DNA from: Candidatus Nanopelagicales bacterium
GTDB lineage: Bacteria > Actinomycetota > Actinomycetes > S36-B12
DNA: 33,353 nucleotides
Direction: 5' to 3'
Assembly (NCBI GenBank): GCA_044360385.1
Contig: JBIKKK010000003.1
Location: 1-33,353 of the forward strand
Positions 16,028 through 25,881 of this stretch are shown piece by piece (position 1 is the first letter of the stretch; every line of letters starts with the position of its first letter). The notes beneath the pieces are model-generated. The model made no database searches. It had not been told where the DNA came from and saw only the letters and a program-made list of their open reading frames with translations. Position numbers and translations under genes: made by a program.

Positions 16028-17416
16028 GTGAGCGACCTTCTCAGTGAACTGGACGTCATCGTCGGCGCGGAGCAGGTGCTCGCGGATCCGGTCCTGATGG
16101 AGTCCTTCACCACAGACTGGACCCACCGATGGTCCGGCCCCGCTCTGGCAGTCGTCCGACCCGGGAGTACCGAGGAGGTCGCAGGGGTCCTTGCCGCCTG
16201 TCACACCGCCGGCGTCCCCGTCATCCCCCAGGGCGGTAACACCGGTCTCGTGGGCGGCTCCGTCCCTGGGAACGGGTGCGAAGAGCTCTCCGTCATCCTC
16301 TCCACGCGCCGACTCACGCGGCTGGATCCGATCGACGATGCGAGTGGCCAGGTCACTGTCGGTGCGGGTGTCACCCTCGGTGATCTGCATCGCTACGTCG
16401 CCCGGGGCGGATGGGAGTACGGCGTCGATCTCGCCGCACGCGACTCCGCCACCGTGGGTGGCACCGTCGCGACCAATGCCGGTGGCATTCGCGTCATCGC
16501 GCACGGCATGACGCGCGCCCATGTCGCCGGTATCGAGGCCGTGCTGCCCGATGGGAGCATCGTCGAGCATCTCGCCGGACTGCCTAAGGACAACACCGGC
16601 TACGACCTCGCTGGGCTGCTCACGGGCAGTGAGGGCACGCTTGGCGTGGTCACCGCCGTACGCCTGCGACTGCATCGCCCGCATGCGCCGTCCTCCGTCG
16701 CCCTTCTTGGCGTCTCGACGTACGACGAAGCCCTGGGGTTGATGCGTAGCGCCGTCTGCCCGGGCGTCACCCTGCTTGCCGCGGAGGTGACCGACCGGAC
16801 GGGTGTAGAACTCGCGATGCGCATGTCGGGCCTGCCCTGGCCCCTCGAGCGTCGCCACCCACTGACCCTGCTCCTCGAGATCGCCGACGGAGGCGAGGGT
16901 GAGGGATTCGACCCCGAGGTGCTCGACGACCGCGATGCGGTCGTCGGACTTGATGCCACCGAGCGGGCTCGACTGTGGACTTATCGCGAGCTGCAGGGGC
17001 AGGTTTTCACTGCGTACGCCGCGGAGCAGGGTGCACCGCCCGCGCACAAGCTCGACATCTCCATCCCCCTGCGCGATCTCGCCGAGTGTGCGGAGTTGCT
17101 GCGCCAGCGAGTGGAGGCCTACCCGAGCGTCATCGCCTTCGGCGTCTTCGGCCACATCGGTGACGGCAACATCCACGTTGAGATCGCAGGCCCAGCCACG
17201 GATGACGAGGCTGTCGATATGATCGTGCTCGGGGCCGTGCGCGAATTCGGCGGCAGCATCTCCGCGGAGCACGGCATCGGGCGCGCCAAGGCGCACTTCC
17301 TCGAGTTCTCGAGGTCGCCGGCGGAGATCGCCACCATGCGCAGCATCAAGTCAGCGCTGGATCCCCGGGGGATCATGAATCCCGGCGTCCTGCTCGCAGA
17401 TAGGGTCGGCGCGTGA
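16028..17416 (+). CDS. FAD-binding oxidoreductase (GlcD/D-2-hydroxyacid dehydrogenase family)
   Basis: PQGGNTGLVGG, VGGTVATNAGG, KDNTGYDL, GSEGTLG, GHIGDGNIH, SISAEHGIG, LDPRGIMNPG; start at GTG 16028. Confidence 0.9.
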   Translation: MSDLLSELDVIVGAEQVLADPVLMESFTTDWTHRWSGPALAVVRPGSTEEVAGVLAACHTAGVPVIPQGGNTGLVGGSVPGNGCEELSVILSTRRLTRLDPIDDASGQVTVGAGVTLGDLHRYVARGGWEYGVDLAARDSATVGGTVATNAGGIRVIAHGMTRAHVAGIEAVLPDGSIVEHLAGLPKDNTGYDLAGLLTGSEGTLGVVTAVRLRLHRPHAPSSVALLGVSTYDEALGLMRSAVCPGVTLLAAEVTDRTGVELAMRMSGLPWPLERRHPLTLLLEIADGGEGEGFDPEVLDDRDAVVGLDATERARLWTYRELQGQVFTAYAAEQGAPPAHKLDISIPLRDLAECAELLRQRVEAYPSVIAFGVFGHIGDGNIHVEIAGPATDDEAVDMIVLGAVREFGGSISAEHGIGRAKAHFLEFSRSPAEIATMRSIKSALDPRGIMNPGVLLADRVGA

Positions 17417-18327
17417 CTGAGGAGATCCCCGTCGTCGGGCTGCGCGAACCCTGCCCCTGCGGCTCGGGCAAGAGGTACAAGGCCTGCCACGGCAAGGCGC
17501 GCAACCGCGAGGCCGTCGCTCACGTGTCGCGGCCCTTCGAGGGACTGACGAGCGAGTGCGACTGGGTCGCCTTCCGCGAGATCGTGCCGGCGGCGACCGC
17601 CCCCCTCACGCTCAAGGACGGCACGGATCGCCGGGTCATCCTCACGACGGTCCTGCCTCTCGCCTGGCCCGCCCTGGTGCGTGACAACGGCGACATCTAC
17701 CTCGCCCTGCAGGTGACCACCGGTTCCGGTGACCCGAGCCGCGATGCAGCAGATGCGCTGCTGCGTGCGCTCGAGAGCGAGCCGGGCACCCCGATTCCGC
17801 CGGTGGGCCTGCCCGGCCCCGGCCCGCGTCTACAGGACCTCATCGCCGACGGCCCTCTCGAGGTCACGATCCACGAGGACTTCGACTACTGGATGGCCGA
17901 CGAGGCGAGTGTCGACGCACCCGGAGTCCGCGACTCCCTCGAGCGGGCCAACAGCAAGGTGATGCCGACCGTGCGCCTGACATCGGTCGATTCGGCGTAC
18001 TGGGTGCAGATGGGCGACAAGGTCTTCCTGCGCTGGGTCCGACCTGAGCCCGAGGAGAAGCTGCTGGATGCGCTTGCTCGGCTGCATGCTGCGGGAGGAA
18101 GTGCGCTTGCGGGCGTGCCATCCCGTTTCGTCGGCTCCTTCCGCGCTGACGGCCTGCTCGTGCCCGTGTGGGAGCTCACTGAGGGCACGAGCGCGGCAGA
18201 CGCCGAGGTGGCCGCGGCCGACTTCGGCGAGCGCCTTGCTGCTGCACTGGCGGTGGATGCTCCGCTCACCTCGGAGGAGCGTCGCGCCCGCGCCGGACTG
18301 CGGAACCGCCAGATCACCCTGCGTTAG
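17413..18327 (+). CDS. SEC-C motif protein (DUF5926-like actinobacterial family)
   Basis: EPCPCGSGKRYKACHG; RPFEGL.SECDWVA.RE; GSFRADGLLVPVWEL; C-terminal RQITLR. Confidence 0.85.
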   Translation: MTEEIPVVGLREPCPCGSGKRYKACHGKARNREAVAHVSRPFEGLTSECDWVAFREIVPAATAPLTLKDGTDRRVILTTVLPLAWPALVRDNGDIYLALQVTTGSGDPSRDAADALLRALESEPGTPIPPVGLPGPGPRLQDLIADGPLEVTIHEDFDYWMADEASVDAPGVRDSLERANSKVMPTVRLTSVDSAYWVQMGDKVFLRWVRPEPEEKLLDALARLHAAGGSALAGVPSRFVGSFRADGLLVPVWELTEGTSAADAEVAAADFGERLAAALAVDAPLTSEERRARAGLRNRQITLR

Positions 18328-18365
18328 GTAGTCGCCTGCCGCGAGCCACCCCCCGGACCGCCTGG

Positions 18366-18420
18366 TTTTCGCCACTTGCACGACCTTGTTGGCCCGCTAG
18401 CGTCGTGTAACTGGCAATTT
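18366..18420. repeat. REP-like imperfect palindrome, copy B
   Basis: TTTTCGCCACTTGCACGAC...GTCGTGTAACTGGC; outer arms resemble copies at 2741 and 31801; lies between convergent genes. Confidence 0.55.
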
Positions 18421-18463
18421 CGGAGATGGGCGTTGCCTGCCAGCGGCCCAGCCGGGCACGCAC

Positions 18464-19099
18464 TCACGCCTGGATGAACTCCACGAGCGTCCAGGCAGCG
18501 AGTGCGGCGAGGACGCCTGCCGACACGAGGCGAATCCGCCACAGCGCGACGCGCTTTTGAAGCCAGCCGCCGATAAGCACGGCGATTCCCGCGACGATGA
18601 TGAGCGCGAGCCAGGCGCCGATGAAGACAGAAAGGGGCTCGCCTGTGCGCGCCGCCAGCCCCGCGGTGAGCAGCTGCGAGAGGTCGCCCCACTCGGCCGT
18701 GAAGAGCACGATGAAGCTCGTGATCGCGATGCGCAGGGTCGAGGTCGACGTGCCTGCGTGGCGCGCCGCGGACTCCTCGAATTCCTCAGCCTCATGGTGC
18801 TCCTCCGCCATCTCGGCACTGCGCGCCTTGAGCCCGGACACGAGCATGAGCACGGCGCCCGCGACGAAGAGGAGGAAGGTGATGCCGAGGACGAGGCGCT
18901 GGGGAAGCAGGGCGAGCAGCCCTCCCGCGGCGACCGCGATGGCTGCCTGGACGGCGAAGGCGACCGCGACTCCGAGCCATACGGCGAGTCGTCGATACCG
19001 GGTGGAGAGGACGAGGGTGGCGATGAAGGTCTTGTCGGGCAGCTCGGCCGGGAAGATGAGGATGAAGGCGAGGCCGACGGTCGCGAGGTCGAGGATCAC
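18464..19099 (-). CDS. TMEM165/GDT1 (UPF0016) family Mn2+/Ca2+ transporter
   Basis: Two signature motifs AELPDKT and AEWGDLSQ. Confidence 0.92.
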   Translation of the reverse strand: MILDLATVGLAFILIFPAELPDKTFIATLVLSTRYRRLAVWLGVAVAFAVQAAIAVAAGGLLALLPQRLVLGITFLLFVAGAVLMLVSGLKARSAEMAEEHHEAEEFEESAARHAGTSTSTLRIAITSFIVLFTAEWGDLSQLLTAGLAARTGEPLSVFIGAWLALIIVAGIAVLIGGWLQKRVALWRIRLVSAGVLAALAAWTLVEFIQA

Positions 19100-20415
19100 G
19101 ACTCCGGCAGTTTCGCCGCCAGAGTCGGCCAGATCACCGGAGTCGCGGGCTTGCGCGGCCCGGACCAGGGTCCCGGCGGGAGGTAGAACCGCTGCGCGAG
19201 GTGGTACACCGCAGACTCGTAACGTCCGCGAATGCGCCGGAAGATCTCAAAGCTCTCGTCCCGGTCGCGATCGATCGTGACGCCCGCCGAGGCTATGTAG
19301 TCGAGTGCGGAGTCGAACTCCTCACGACTCAGTGTGGATTCCCGGGTTCCGTAGGCGAGGTCGACGTTGTCGGGAGGTGTGAGCTGTGCGCGGATGCCGT
19401 CGAGGGTGGCCGCCTCGGTGACCGCTTGCATCGCCTTGGGCATGTAGGTGTCCGCAATCCCGGGCCCTCGAGGACTCGCGGCATCGCGTTCCGATACGCC
19501 GAAGACTTTGAGTGTGCTGTCCAGCCTACGCTTCCTGGAGCGGAAGACGATGTGCCCGTCGACGCTTATTTCCGCGGCATCGATGGAGAGAATCGCCTGA
19601 GCGCCCTGCTGGATAAACGTGACGGTGCGGGGATCAGGCGCGTCCTTTTGTATCGCGTTGTGGATAGCTGCGGCATCCAGGGCGGCGACCAAGGCAATGA
19701 GCCAGTTTCTCGTCCCCACCGCCGAGCGGAAGCGATTCAGAGACGGGTAGAGCGTCTGGGTGAGCCGCACCTGAGCCGCCCAGGGGGTCCACTGCGCGAA
19801 GATCTCGGGCAGGTCCGTCTCGCCCTCGAGCATGTGCACGCGCACGAGGAACTCCGGCCCCCACTCGGGCGCGCCGCTAAGGCCCGTATCGAGAAGAACT
19901 CGGCTTTCCCGCGCGAGGTAGGCCTGGTAGAGGGTCGGCAGGAAGCCGATGAGCAGTGCGATCACGGCGGGGCCGGTCATTGCGGCGAAGAAGTCAAGGA
20001 TGGTGACAGTCTCACCTGGCGTGCCGACCAGCCCGAGCGTGAGGAGGCCGGAGCCTGCCTGCAGGAAACCGTCAACAAGGCTGACGTTGGTGACGCCGAA
20101 GATCATGAACGCGTATGCGCACAGGAAGCAGATGAGCCAGACCACGAGCGCCGCGATGATGCCGACAGGTCCGCTCCACGCAAGGACACGATCGCGACCG
20201 CGGTAGGTGCGCATGAGCCTTGCGAGACCCGTGAAGAGGACGTCAGTCGTCCGGATGACCACGGCGAAGAGCCAGGAGACGGACATGCGCGGGACAACCA
20301 TGGTGCGCACGATGCTCATCCCCGCCGTGATAAGGAGGAGGACCCCGATCGCGAAGGCCACGACTCGGGCCGCGGGTTCCCAGGACCCAAGCTCGGCCTC
20401 CAGCGCCCACGTCAC
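19096..20415 (-). CDS. Membrane protein with ion-channel-like N-terminal domain
   Basis: TM-pore-like segment (GSGLLTLG)-TM followed by LPTLYQAYLARE and a soluble C-terminal domain; TACTCT-N6-GTG; GTGA overlap with GDT1. Confidence 0.65.
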   Translation of the reverse strand: MTWALEAELGSWEPAARVVAFAIGVLLLITAGMSIVRTMVVPRMSVSWLFAVVIRTTDVLFTGLARLMRTYRGRDRVLAWSGPVGIIAALVVWLICFLCAYAFMIFGVTNVSLVDGFLQAGSGLLTLGLVGTPGETVTILDFFAAMTGPAVIALLIGFLPTLYQAYLARESRVLLDTGLSGAPEWGPEFLVRVHMLEGETDLPEIFAQWTPWAAQVRLTQTLYPSLNRFRSAVGTRNWLIALVAALDAAAIHNAIQKDAPDPRTVTFIQQGAQAILSIDAAEISVDGHIVFRSRKRRLDSTLKVFGVSERDAASPRGPGIADTYMPKAMQAVTEAATLDGIRAQLTPPDNVDLAYGTRESTLSREEFDSALDYIASAGVTIDRDRDESFEIFRRIRGRYESAVYHLAQRFYLPPGPWSGPRKPATPVIWPTLAAKLPES

Positions 20416-20467
20416 GCCCCGAGAGTAGTGGCGAGAGGTGGCGCCGGGGCCCCACTAGGCTGCTCAG

Positions 20468-20965
20468 GTGACCTGGGATGCGCAGACGGGCGTCATCGTC
20501 GTCGGTGTCATCGCCCTCGCGGCCCTGGTGATCGCCGTCCTCCTCGCTTTCCGGACGAACCGCATGAAGACCCAGTACGCCGTCCTCTCCGCGGCAGATG
20601 GCCGCGCCTCCTTTGTGGAGGTGGTCGCACGCAAGGCCGAGGAGGTCGAGGGGCTGCGAGACGACGTAGCCCTCCTGGCGAACGAACTCCGCTCGACCCA
20701 ACGCGAGCTCCAGATGGCCGTCCGCCACGTCGGAGTGGTCCGCTACGACGCCTTCGGCGACATGGGCGGGCGCATGTCCTTCAGCGCAGCCCTCATCGAC
20801 GACCACGGCAATGGCTTCGTCCTCACCTCAGTGCATGCCCGCAGCGAGTCGCGCAGCTACATCAAGCAACTCCGCGGTGGCATGGCGGAAGTGATGCTGT
20901 CGCCCGAGGAGTCGGCTGCGGTGGCCGATGCCGTGGCAGGCATCCCGCAGGGTCGCCTGGACTGA
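20468..20965 (+). CDS. DUF4446 family protein
   Basis: N-terminal TM, coiled coil, VGVVRYDAFGDMGGRMSFS, RSYIK, LSPEE. Confidence 0.85.
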   Translation: MTWDAQTGVIVVGVIALAALVIAVLLAFRTNRMKTQYAVLSAADGRASFVEVVARKAEEVEGLRDDVALLANELRSTQRELQMAVRHVGVVRYDAFGDMGGRMSFSAALIDDHGNGFVLTSVHARSESRSYIKQLRGGMAEVMLSPEESAAVADAVAGIPQGRLD

Positions 20966-20972
20966 CGCCCGT

Positions 20973-21569
20973 CTAACGGTGGATCTTTACCCGACCCATT
21001 CCGGTGAAGTGAGTGTTGGTCCACGGCGTGCCCTTGACGACGCCTTTGACGACGCCGATGCCGTAGTCCGAGGCATGGACGACCTTGCCGTCTCCGATGT
21101 AAATCGCCACGTGGCGGGCGCCGTTCTCAAAGTAGAAGGCCAGGTCCCCGGGGCGAGCGTCCTTGATGGAGATGCGCTCGGTCTCGTCGTACTGCGCCCT
21201 GCTGTAGTGGGTCAGCGAGACGCCGACAGCGCGCCACGAGTACACGACAAGGCCCGAGCAGTCAAAGACATTCGGACCTTCGCCGCCGGATCCGTAGGTG
21301 TCGCCCACCTGGGCGAGGGCGCGTTGGACGACCTGCTCGCGAATCCGGTCACCGGACGCAAGCGAACGACGCTCGCGCTGTGCCTTCCTGCGGTGGTCCG
21401 CGGCCGCCTTGCGGCTGGCCTCTTCGTGAATGCTTCCGCGGGCCGATTCCTCTGCCGCGACGGGCGCAGCGGTCGCCGTGGGTGCAGCGACAGCAACGGC
21501 CGAGGCCATGAGGAGCGGGGCGAGAAGGACGGTGGTCAGGCGGGTGGTGCGGCGAATCGTGCGGCGCAT
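20973..21569 (-). CDS. Secreted NlpC/P60 (C40) peptidoglycan endopeptidase
   Basis: Signal peptide; GPNVFDCSGLV, PGDLAF, HVAIYIGDG..VHA; GAGGGAG RBS. Confidence 0.92.
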   Translation of the reverse strand: MRRTIRRTTRLTTVLLAPLLMASAVAVAAPTATAAPVAAEESARGSIHEEASRKAAADHRRKAQRERRSLASGDRIREQVVQRALAQVGDTYGSGGEGPNVFDCSGLVVYSWRAVGVSLTHYSRAQYDETERISIKDARPGDLAFYFENGARHVAIYIGDGKVVHASDYGIGVVKGVVKGTPWTNTHFTGMGRVKIHR

Positions 21570-21585
21570 GCGCTCCCTCTTCCGT

Positions 21586-21800
21586 CCGCCTCCCAGGTGA
21601 GCTGTCGGGCTCGGGCTGAAGAGCGCCCTACCCGCGTGCCGGAGCACACGGGATTCGCCCCAGGAGGGCCATGCCCTCCCGGCCGCGACCGGCAGTCGCG
21701 TCCGTCTCGTCAGGGCGTGGGCCCTGACGTGGGTCCCCGGTACGGCGCCCCTCGTCTCCGGGTCGTGGTGCCCCCGGTCGAGGCTTGCCGATTCGGCGGG
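21586..21800 (-). ncRNA. c-di-AMP (ydaO/yuaA) riboswitch
   Basis: Minus strand has CCGCCGAATC-GGCAAG, CCGGGGACCCA, TGGGGCGAATCC, GTAGGGC, GCCCGAGCCCGACAGCTCACCT...GGCGG in order, directly upstream of a cell-wall hydrolase, the usual actinobacterial context. Confidence 0.9.
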
Positions 21801-22000
21801 CCGCTCGTCGGAGGCGGTTGCCTCCTTTTGCCGAGCGACCCTCTGACCCTGCCATGACCGGTCGGGGACGGGTCAAACCCGCGTCCGAATAACGGAACGG
21901 TAACGAGACGACACATGAGAAACAGTAGTAACAGATCCCCGCCAGGATCCCTCTACAGCCGGTCGATGCACGCGGCCCTCCCTTCACCTGGAGGCCGATC

Positions 22001-22963
22001 TCAGGGCATGGGGCGCCGGAACAGGATGATCACCCGCTCGGGCCTCATTCCTGCTCGCTCGTAGAGGGCGGTGGCCCCGGTGGTGTTGTCGCTGTCCACG
22101 GTCAGGGTCATCGCGGTGCGGCCCTCGCGGGCTGCTCGGGCAAAGGCGGTCCGGAGCAGCCACGAGGCGATCCCGCGCCCGCGCGCCTCAGGGATCACGC
22201 CCAGGATGCGCACGTGCCCGGCTCCTCGATCTGCCCGGGAATCATCGAGCATGCACAGCCCGACTGGCTTGTCATCGAGCCAGGCGATCCACCACTGGTC
22301 CGGCCGGGCATCACGCCGATCACTGAACCATGGGATCCACTCGTCGTACGGATGCGGCACGAAGCCGAAGTGCTCGGCGAAGGCGATCTCGTCGATGCGA
22401 TGCAGCAGCCGCCGGTCATCCTGTGACTCTGCGACGGTGAGCCGGACCCCAATCGGCGCCACGGGCTCTTGTGTCTGCGCAGCTTCAAGGTCGATGGTCA
22501 TGTGCCAGAAGCGGCGGATCTCGGAGAAGCCCGCCTGCTCCAGGATGTCGATGTACACCTCGTCCTGGGCGAAGGCGCCGGCCTCCACCTTCCATCCGTC
22601 GCCGTCCGCCAGCCGCTCGGCCGCCTCTAGTCCCAGGACCACCAGTGGGGCCAGGAGCGCGCGGGCATGCTCGGGCACGGCGTATGAGTCCACGAAGAGG
22701 GTGCGTGCCTCGTCATCCCTCTCGATGATGAGCAGTCCCGCAGCCTCACCATCGCCGGTGAGCACGAGGCGGTGCTCCTCGCGCATGGCATCGGGATTTG
22801 TCAGGTCCGAGCGTACGGACTCCCGGCTCGCGTAAGCCATGGCGAGCACACCGGAGTCGGCTGCTGAGACCACGGCGTAGGCGAGGTCGACATCAGGCCC
22901 GTCGACATAGCCATCCGTCTCATAGAGATCGAGGGGCCGCGCGGAGTAGCCAGGAGGGAGCAC
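22001..22963 (-). CDS. GNAT family N-acetyltransferase (tandem domain)
   Basis: LGVIPEARGRGIA, VDSDNTTGATALYERAGM; TAGACT-N6-GTG. Confidence 0.9.
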   Translation of the reverse strand: MLPPGYSARPLDLYETDGYVDGPDVDLAYAVVSAADSGVLAMAYASRESVRSDLTNPDAMREEHRLVLTGDGEAAGLLIIERDDEARTLFVDSYAVPEHARALLAPLVVLGLEAAERLADGDGWKVEAGAFAQDEVYIDILEQAGFSEIRRFWHMTIDLEAAQTQEPVAPIGVRLTVAESQDDRRLLHRIDEIAFAEHFGFVPHPYDEWIPWFSDRRDARPDQWWIAWLDDKPVGLCMLDDSRADRGAGHVRILGVIPEARGRGIASWLLRTAFARAAREGRTAMTLTVDSDNTTGATALYERAGMRPERVIILFRRPMP

Positions 22964-22981
22964 CCCGCGAGTCTAGGCGCG

Positions 22982-23536
22982 TCAGGCGGTAGGCAGTGCG
23001 GCAATGCAACGCACGAGGTACGGCGAGAACCACCCGGCGTACTTCGCCTGAATCGCAGGGTTGCGCCAGTCCGAGCCGCTCACGACCTCGCGGCACGAAG
23101 GGACACCGCACAGGCAGCGGAACTCGTCGTAGTCGCTGGCATCGCACATGGCGTAGTCGAAGCTGAGCTCCTCGCCCGGCTTGATGTCGCGCATGGCCAC
23201 AAGGATCTGTGACCCCTGCAGGCCGCAGTTGGGCTCACAGGAGTGGTTGAGCATGTCGCCGGGCTCAGGGGTGTCGCTGGACACGAGATAGAGGTCGGCG
23301 TCGATCTGGATCGAGCGATGCTGGCGATCCAGGCTCATGGTCGCCAGCTGGCCGCCATCGACGACCCAACCGCCGAAGACGGCGACGGTCTCACCCGCGG
23401 CGATGGATTCGGTCGCGTAGGAACCCCAGCCTTTGGCGCCGGCGGGGCGGGCCTCAGCCTTCGGGGTCAGCCAGTTGTAGTCCAACGCAACCTCCTCGTG
23501 TGCAGCGCTCGTCGGCGCGGACGGGAAGTGTGACAC
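22982..23536 (-). CDS. SET domain protein-lysine methyltransferase with post-SET motif
   Basis: KGWGSYA, LNHSCEPN, AMRDIKPGEELSFDY, CLCGVPSC. Start codon uncertain. Confidence 0.88.
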   Translation of the reverse strand: MSHFPSAPTSAAHEEVALDYNWLTPKAEARPAGAKGWGSYATESIAAGETVAVFGGWVVDGGQLATMSLDRQHRSIQIDADLYLVSSDTPEPGDMLNHSCEPNCGLQGSQILVAMRDIKPGEELSFDYAMCDASDYDEFRCLCGVPSCREVVSGSDWRNPAIQAKYAGWFSPYLVRCIAALPTA

Positions 23537-23655
23537 GTGAAGTCACTGAAGTGAAATCGTTGCTACTGGCTGAACGTTCAGTCGGGAAGTGGCACTGTCG
23601 CCGCTGAGAGGGGCAGCCGAGTCGGCATCCCGACCGCTACCTCTAACCTTGGCCC

Positions 23656-24954
23656 GTGATCGATCCTCGTCTGCTCCGGGAATCCCCCGACGCCCTGCGC
23701 GAGTCACAGCGCCGGCGCGGTGAGGACGTCGCCTTGGTCGATCGGCTCGCTGCGCTTGATGTCGAGCGCCGGGCCACGCAGACGGCGTACGACAATCTCC
23801 GTGCCGAGCAAAAGCAGCTCTCCAAGCGCATCGGGCCCCTGCAGGGTGCGGTGAAGAAGGGCGACACGTCTGCCCAGGCCGAGCTCGATGCCCTCATGGC
23901 GCAGGCGGGCGATCTCGCCGACCGAGTGAAGGCCGCCGACGCCGCCGCAGGAGAGGCGACCCGCGCCCTCGATGCGGCATGGCTCGAGCTCTCCAACGTC
24001 GTCGACATGCGCGCGCCCGTCGGGGGCGAGGCAGACTTCACCGTCCTTGAGACCGTGGGGACGCCGCGCGACTTCCCCTCGGAGGGTTTCGCGCCGCGTG
24101 ATCACCTCGAACTGGGCGAGATGCTGGGTGCGATCGACGTCGAACGCGCGGCCAAGGTCTCCGGCTCGCGCTTCTACTACCTCATGGGCTCTGGTGCGCT
24201 GCTGGAGATCGCGCTGCTCAACCTGGCCATGGCCCAGGCAACCCGCAATGGATTCGTTCCCGTCATCCCGCCGGTGCTCGTCGCGCCCCGCGCGATGGAG
24301 GGCACGGGATTCCTCGGCCAGGCGGCCGAGAACGTCTATCGGATCGAGTCGGACGACATGTACCTCGTGGGCACGGCCGAGGTGCCCCTGGCCGGCCTGC
24401 ACAGCGATGAGATCCTGCCCGCGAGCGCTCTCCCGCTGCGCTACGCCGGCTGGTCCTCGTGCTTCCGCCGCGAGGCTGGCTCCTACGGCAAGGACACCCG
24501 CGGCATCATCCGGGTGCACCAGTTCGACAAGGTGGAGATGTTCGTCTTCTGCGATCCCGCCGACGCCGAGGCCGAGCACGAGCGCATCCTCGGCTGGGAG
24601 CGCGACTTCATGGACGCGCTCGAGATCCCCTATCGGGTCATCGACGTAGCCACCGGGGACTTGGGCTCGAGTGCAGCGCGCAAATTCGACATCGAGGCCT
24701 GGATTCCCACGCAGGGCACCTATCGCGAGGTCACCTCGACCTCCAACACCACGCAATTCCAGGCCCGGCGTCTCGGTATCCGGATGCGTTCGGGAGACGA
24801 AGTGCAGCCCGTAGCCACGCTCAACGGCACGCTATGCGCGATGCCGCGCATCATCGTGGCGATCCTGGAGAACCACCAGCAGGCGGACGGATCCGTCATC
24901 GTGCCTGAAGCGCTGCGCCCCTACCTCGGACGAGACGTCCTCGAGTTGCCATGA
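23656..24954 (+). CDS. serS: Serine--tRNA ligase
   Basis: [66 protein letters not shown]. Confidence 0.97.
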   Translation: MIDPRLLRESPDALRESQRRRGEDVALVDRLAALDVERRATQTAYDNLRAEQKQLSKRIGPLQGAVKKGDTSAQAELDALMAQAGDLADRVKAADAAAGEATRALDAAWLELSNVVDMRAPVGGEADFTVLETVGTPRDFPSEGFAPRDHLELGEMLGAIDVERAAKVSGSRFYYLMGSGALLEIALLNLAMAQATRNGFVPVIPPVLVAPRAMEGTGFLGQAAENVYRIESDDMYLVGTAEVPLAGLHSDEILPASALPLRYAGWSSCFRREAGSYGKDTRGIIRVHQFDKVEMFVFCDPADAEAEHERILGWERDFMDALEIPYRVIDVATGDLGSSAARKFDIEAWIPTQGTYREVTSTSNTTQFQARRLGIRMRSGDEVQPVATLNGTLCAMPRIIVAILENHQQADGSVIVPEALRPYLGRDVLELP

Positions 24955-25868
24955 TCCACGCGTCGCGAGTTCGCGGCGTCGCAGTCCTCATCGCGGGGGC
25001 TGCTCTCCTCGCGGCCTGCACGAGCGGCTCCGCTGGCGGGGTATCGAGCCCCCCGCCTGCGCCGACCGGGACGTCGTCGAGCGCATCGCCCGCTCCCAGT
25101 CCGTCTGCGACGTCGACCCCTGAGCCGCCACCACCTCCTCTGTCACCGGGCAAGGCGCGCGGAAGGCTGCTCATCGTGCAGCCGGCCGAGGACGCGGCAC
25201 TGGTGTCGGGCGGCCAGCCGATTCGATTGACGCTTGCGCGCACGGGCAACGTCGCCTCGTGGTTCACCGCACCGCCGCAGAAGCTCGCGGGGACGATGTC
25301 GACTGAGCAGGCCCTGCTGAGCCTGGGCTGGCGCCCGGCGGATGACGGCACCACCGCCACGCTGCCGAATCCGAGGCCCAATGGCCTCCTCGTCTTCGCG
25401 GGAGGGACGCTCCCCTTCACCGTGCAGGGCGCCAATGTGCGGGCCGACGGCACCCTGGTGCTCGACGTCCGGCCCATCGGCGCGATGCCCGAGACCGTGG
25501 AGTCCTACGGACCCGTTTCGCTCACCCTCGATGGTGCGCCGGGCGTCCTGAATCTTGAGGCCGCCCTCGGCGAGATCACGGTGCGGATCATCGTCACCGG
25601 TGACCGCAACGACCAGGCGGTGGTGCAGGTGGTCGATGCGGCGGGTGAGGTGGTCGAATCCACTTTCGTCTCACCTGAGCGGACCACGGTCGACAGCTGG
25701 CTTGCCGTGACCTCGGGAACGACGACGTGGAGCGATCCCGTGGTGACCTTCACCCCCCCGCAGCGGAGCAAGCCCGGAACCCTCCGGGTCTCGGGCACGC
25801 TCACGGTGGACGGTGTGGCCACCGACCTCGATCGTGTCGTGGCTCGCTGGAGCATCCCCCTCGGCTGA
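24951..25868 (+). CDS. Putative lipoprotein, hypothetical
   Basis: Lipobox LAAC, Ser/Pro linker; ATGA overlap with serS. Confidence 0.75.
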   Translation: MIHASRVRGVAVLIAGAALLAACTSGSAGGVSSPPPAPTGTSSSASPAPSPSATSTPEPPPPPLSPGKARGRLLIVQPAEDAALVSGGQPIRLTLARTGNVASWFTAPPQKLAGTMSTEQALLSLGWRPADDGTTATLPNPRPNGLLVFAGGTLPFTVQGANVRADGTLVLDVRPIGAMPETVESYGPVSLTLDGAPGVLNLEAALGEITVRIIVTGDRNDQAVVQVVDAAGEVVESTFVSPERTTVDSWLAVTSGTTTWSDPVVTFTPPQRSKPGTLRVSGTLTVDGVATDLDRVVARWSIPLG

Positions 25869-25881
25869 CGCCACACGCGAA

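Noticed and set aside
19099-19250. yybP-ykoY Mn riboswitch before GDT1
   Set aside because: The region is coding sequence of the overlapping upstream gene.
21805-21835. Possible c-di-GMP-I riboswitch (GGCAAA...GACG) in tandem with the c-di-AMP aptamer
   Set aside because: No GNRA loop, no GCAAAG junction and no P3 helix; it folds as a simple hairpin.
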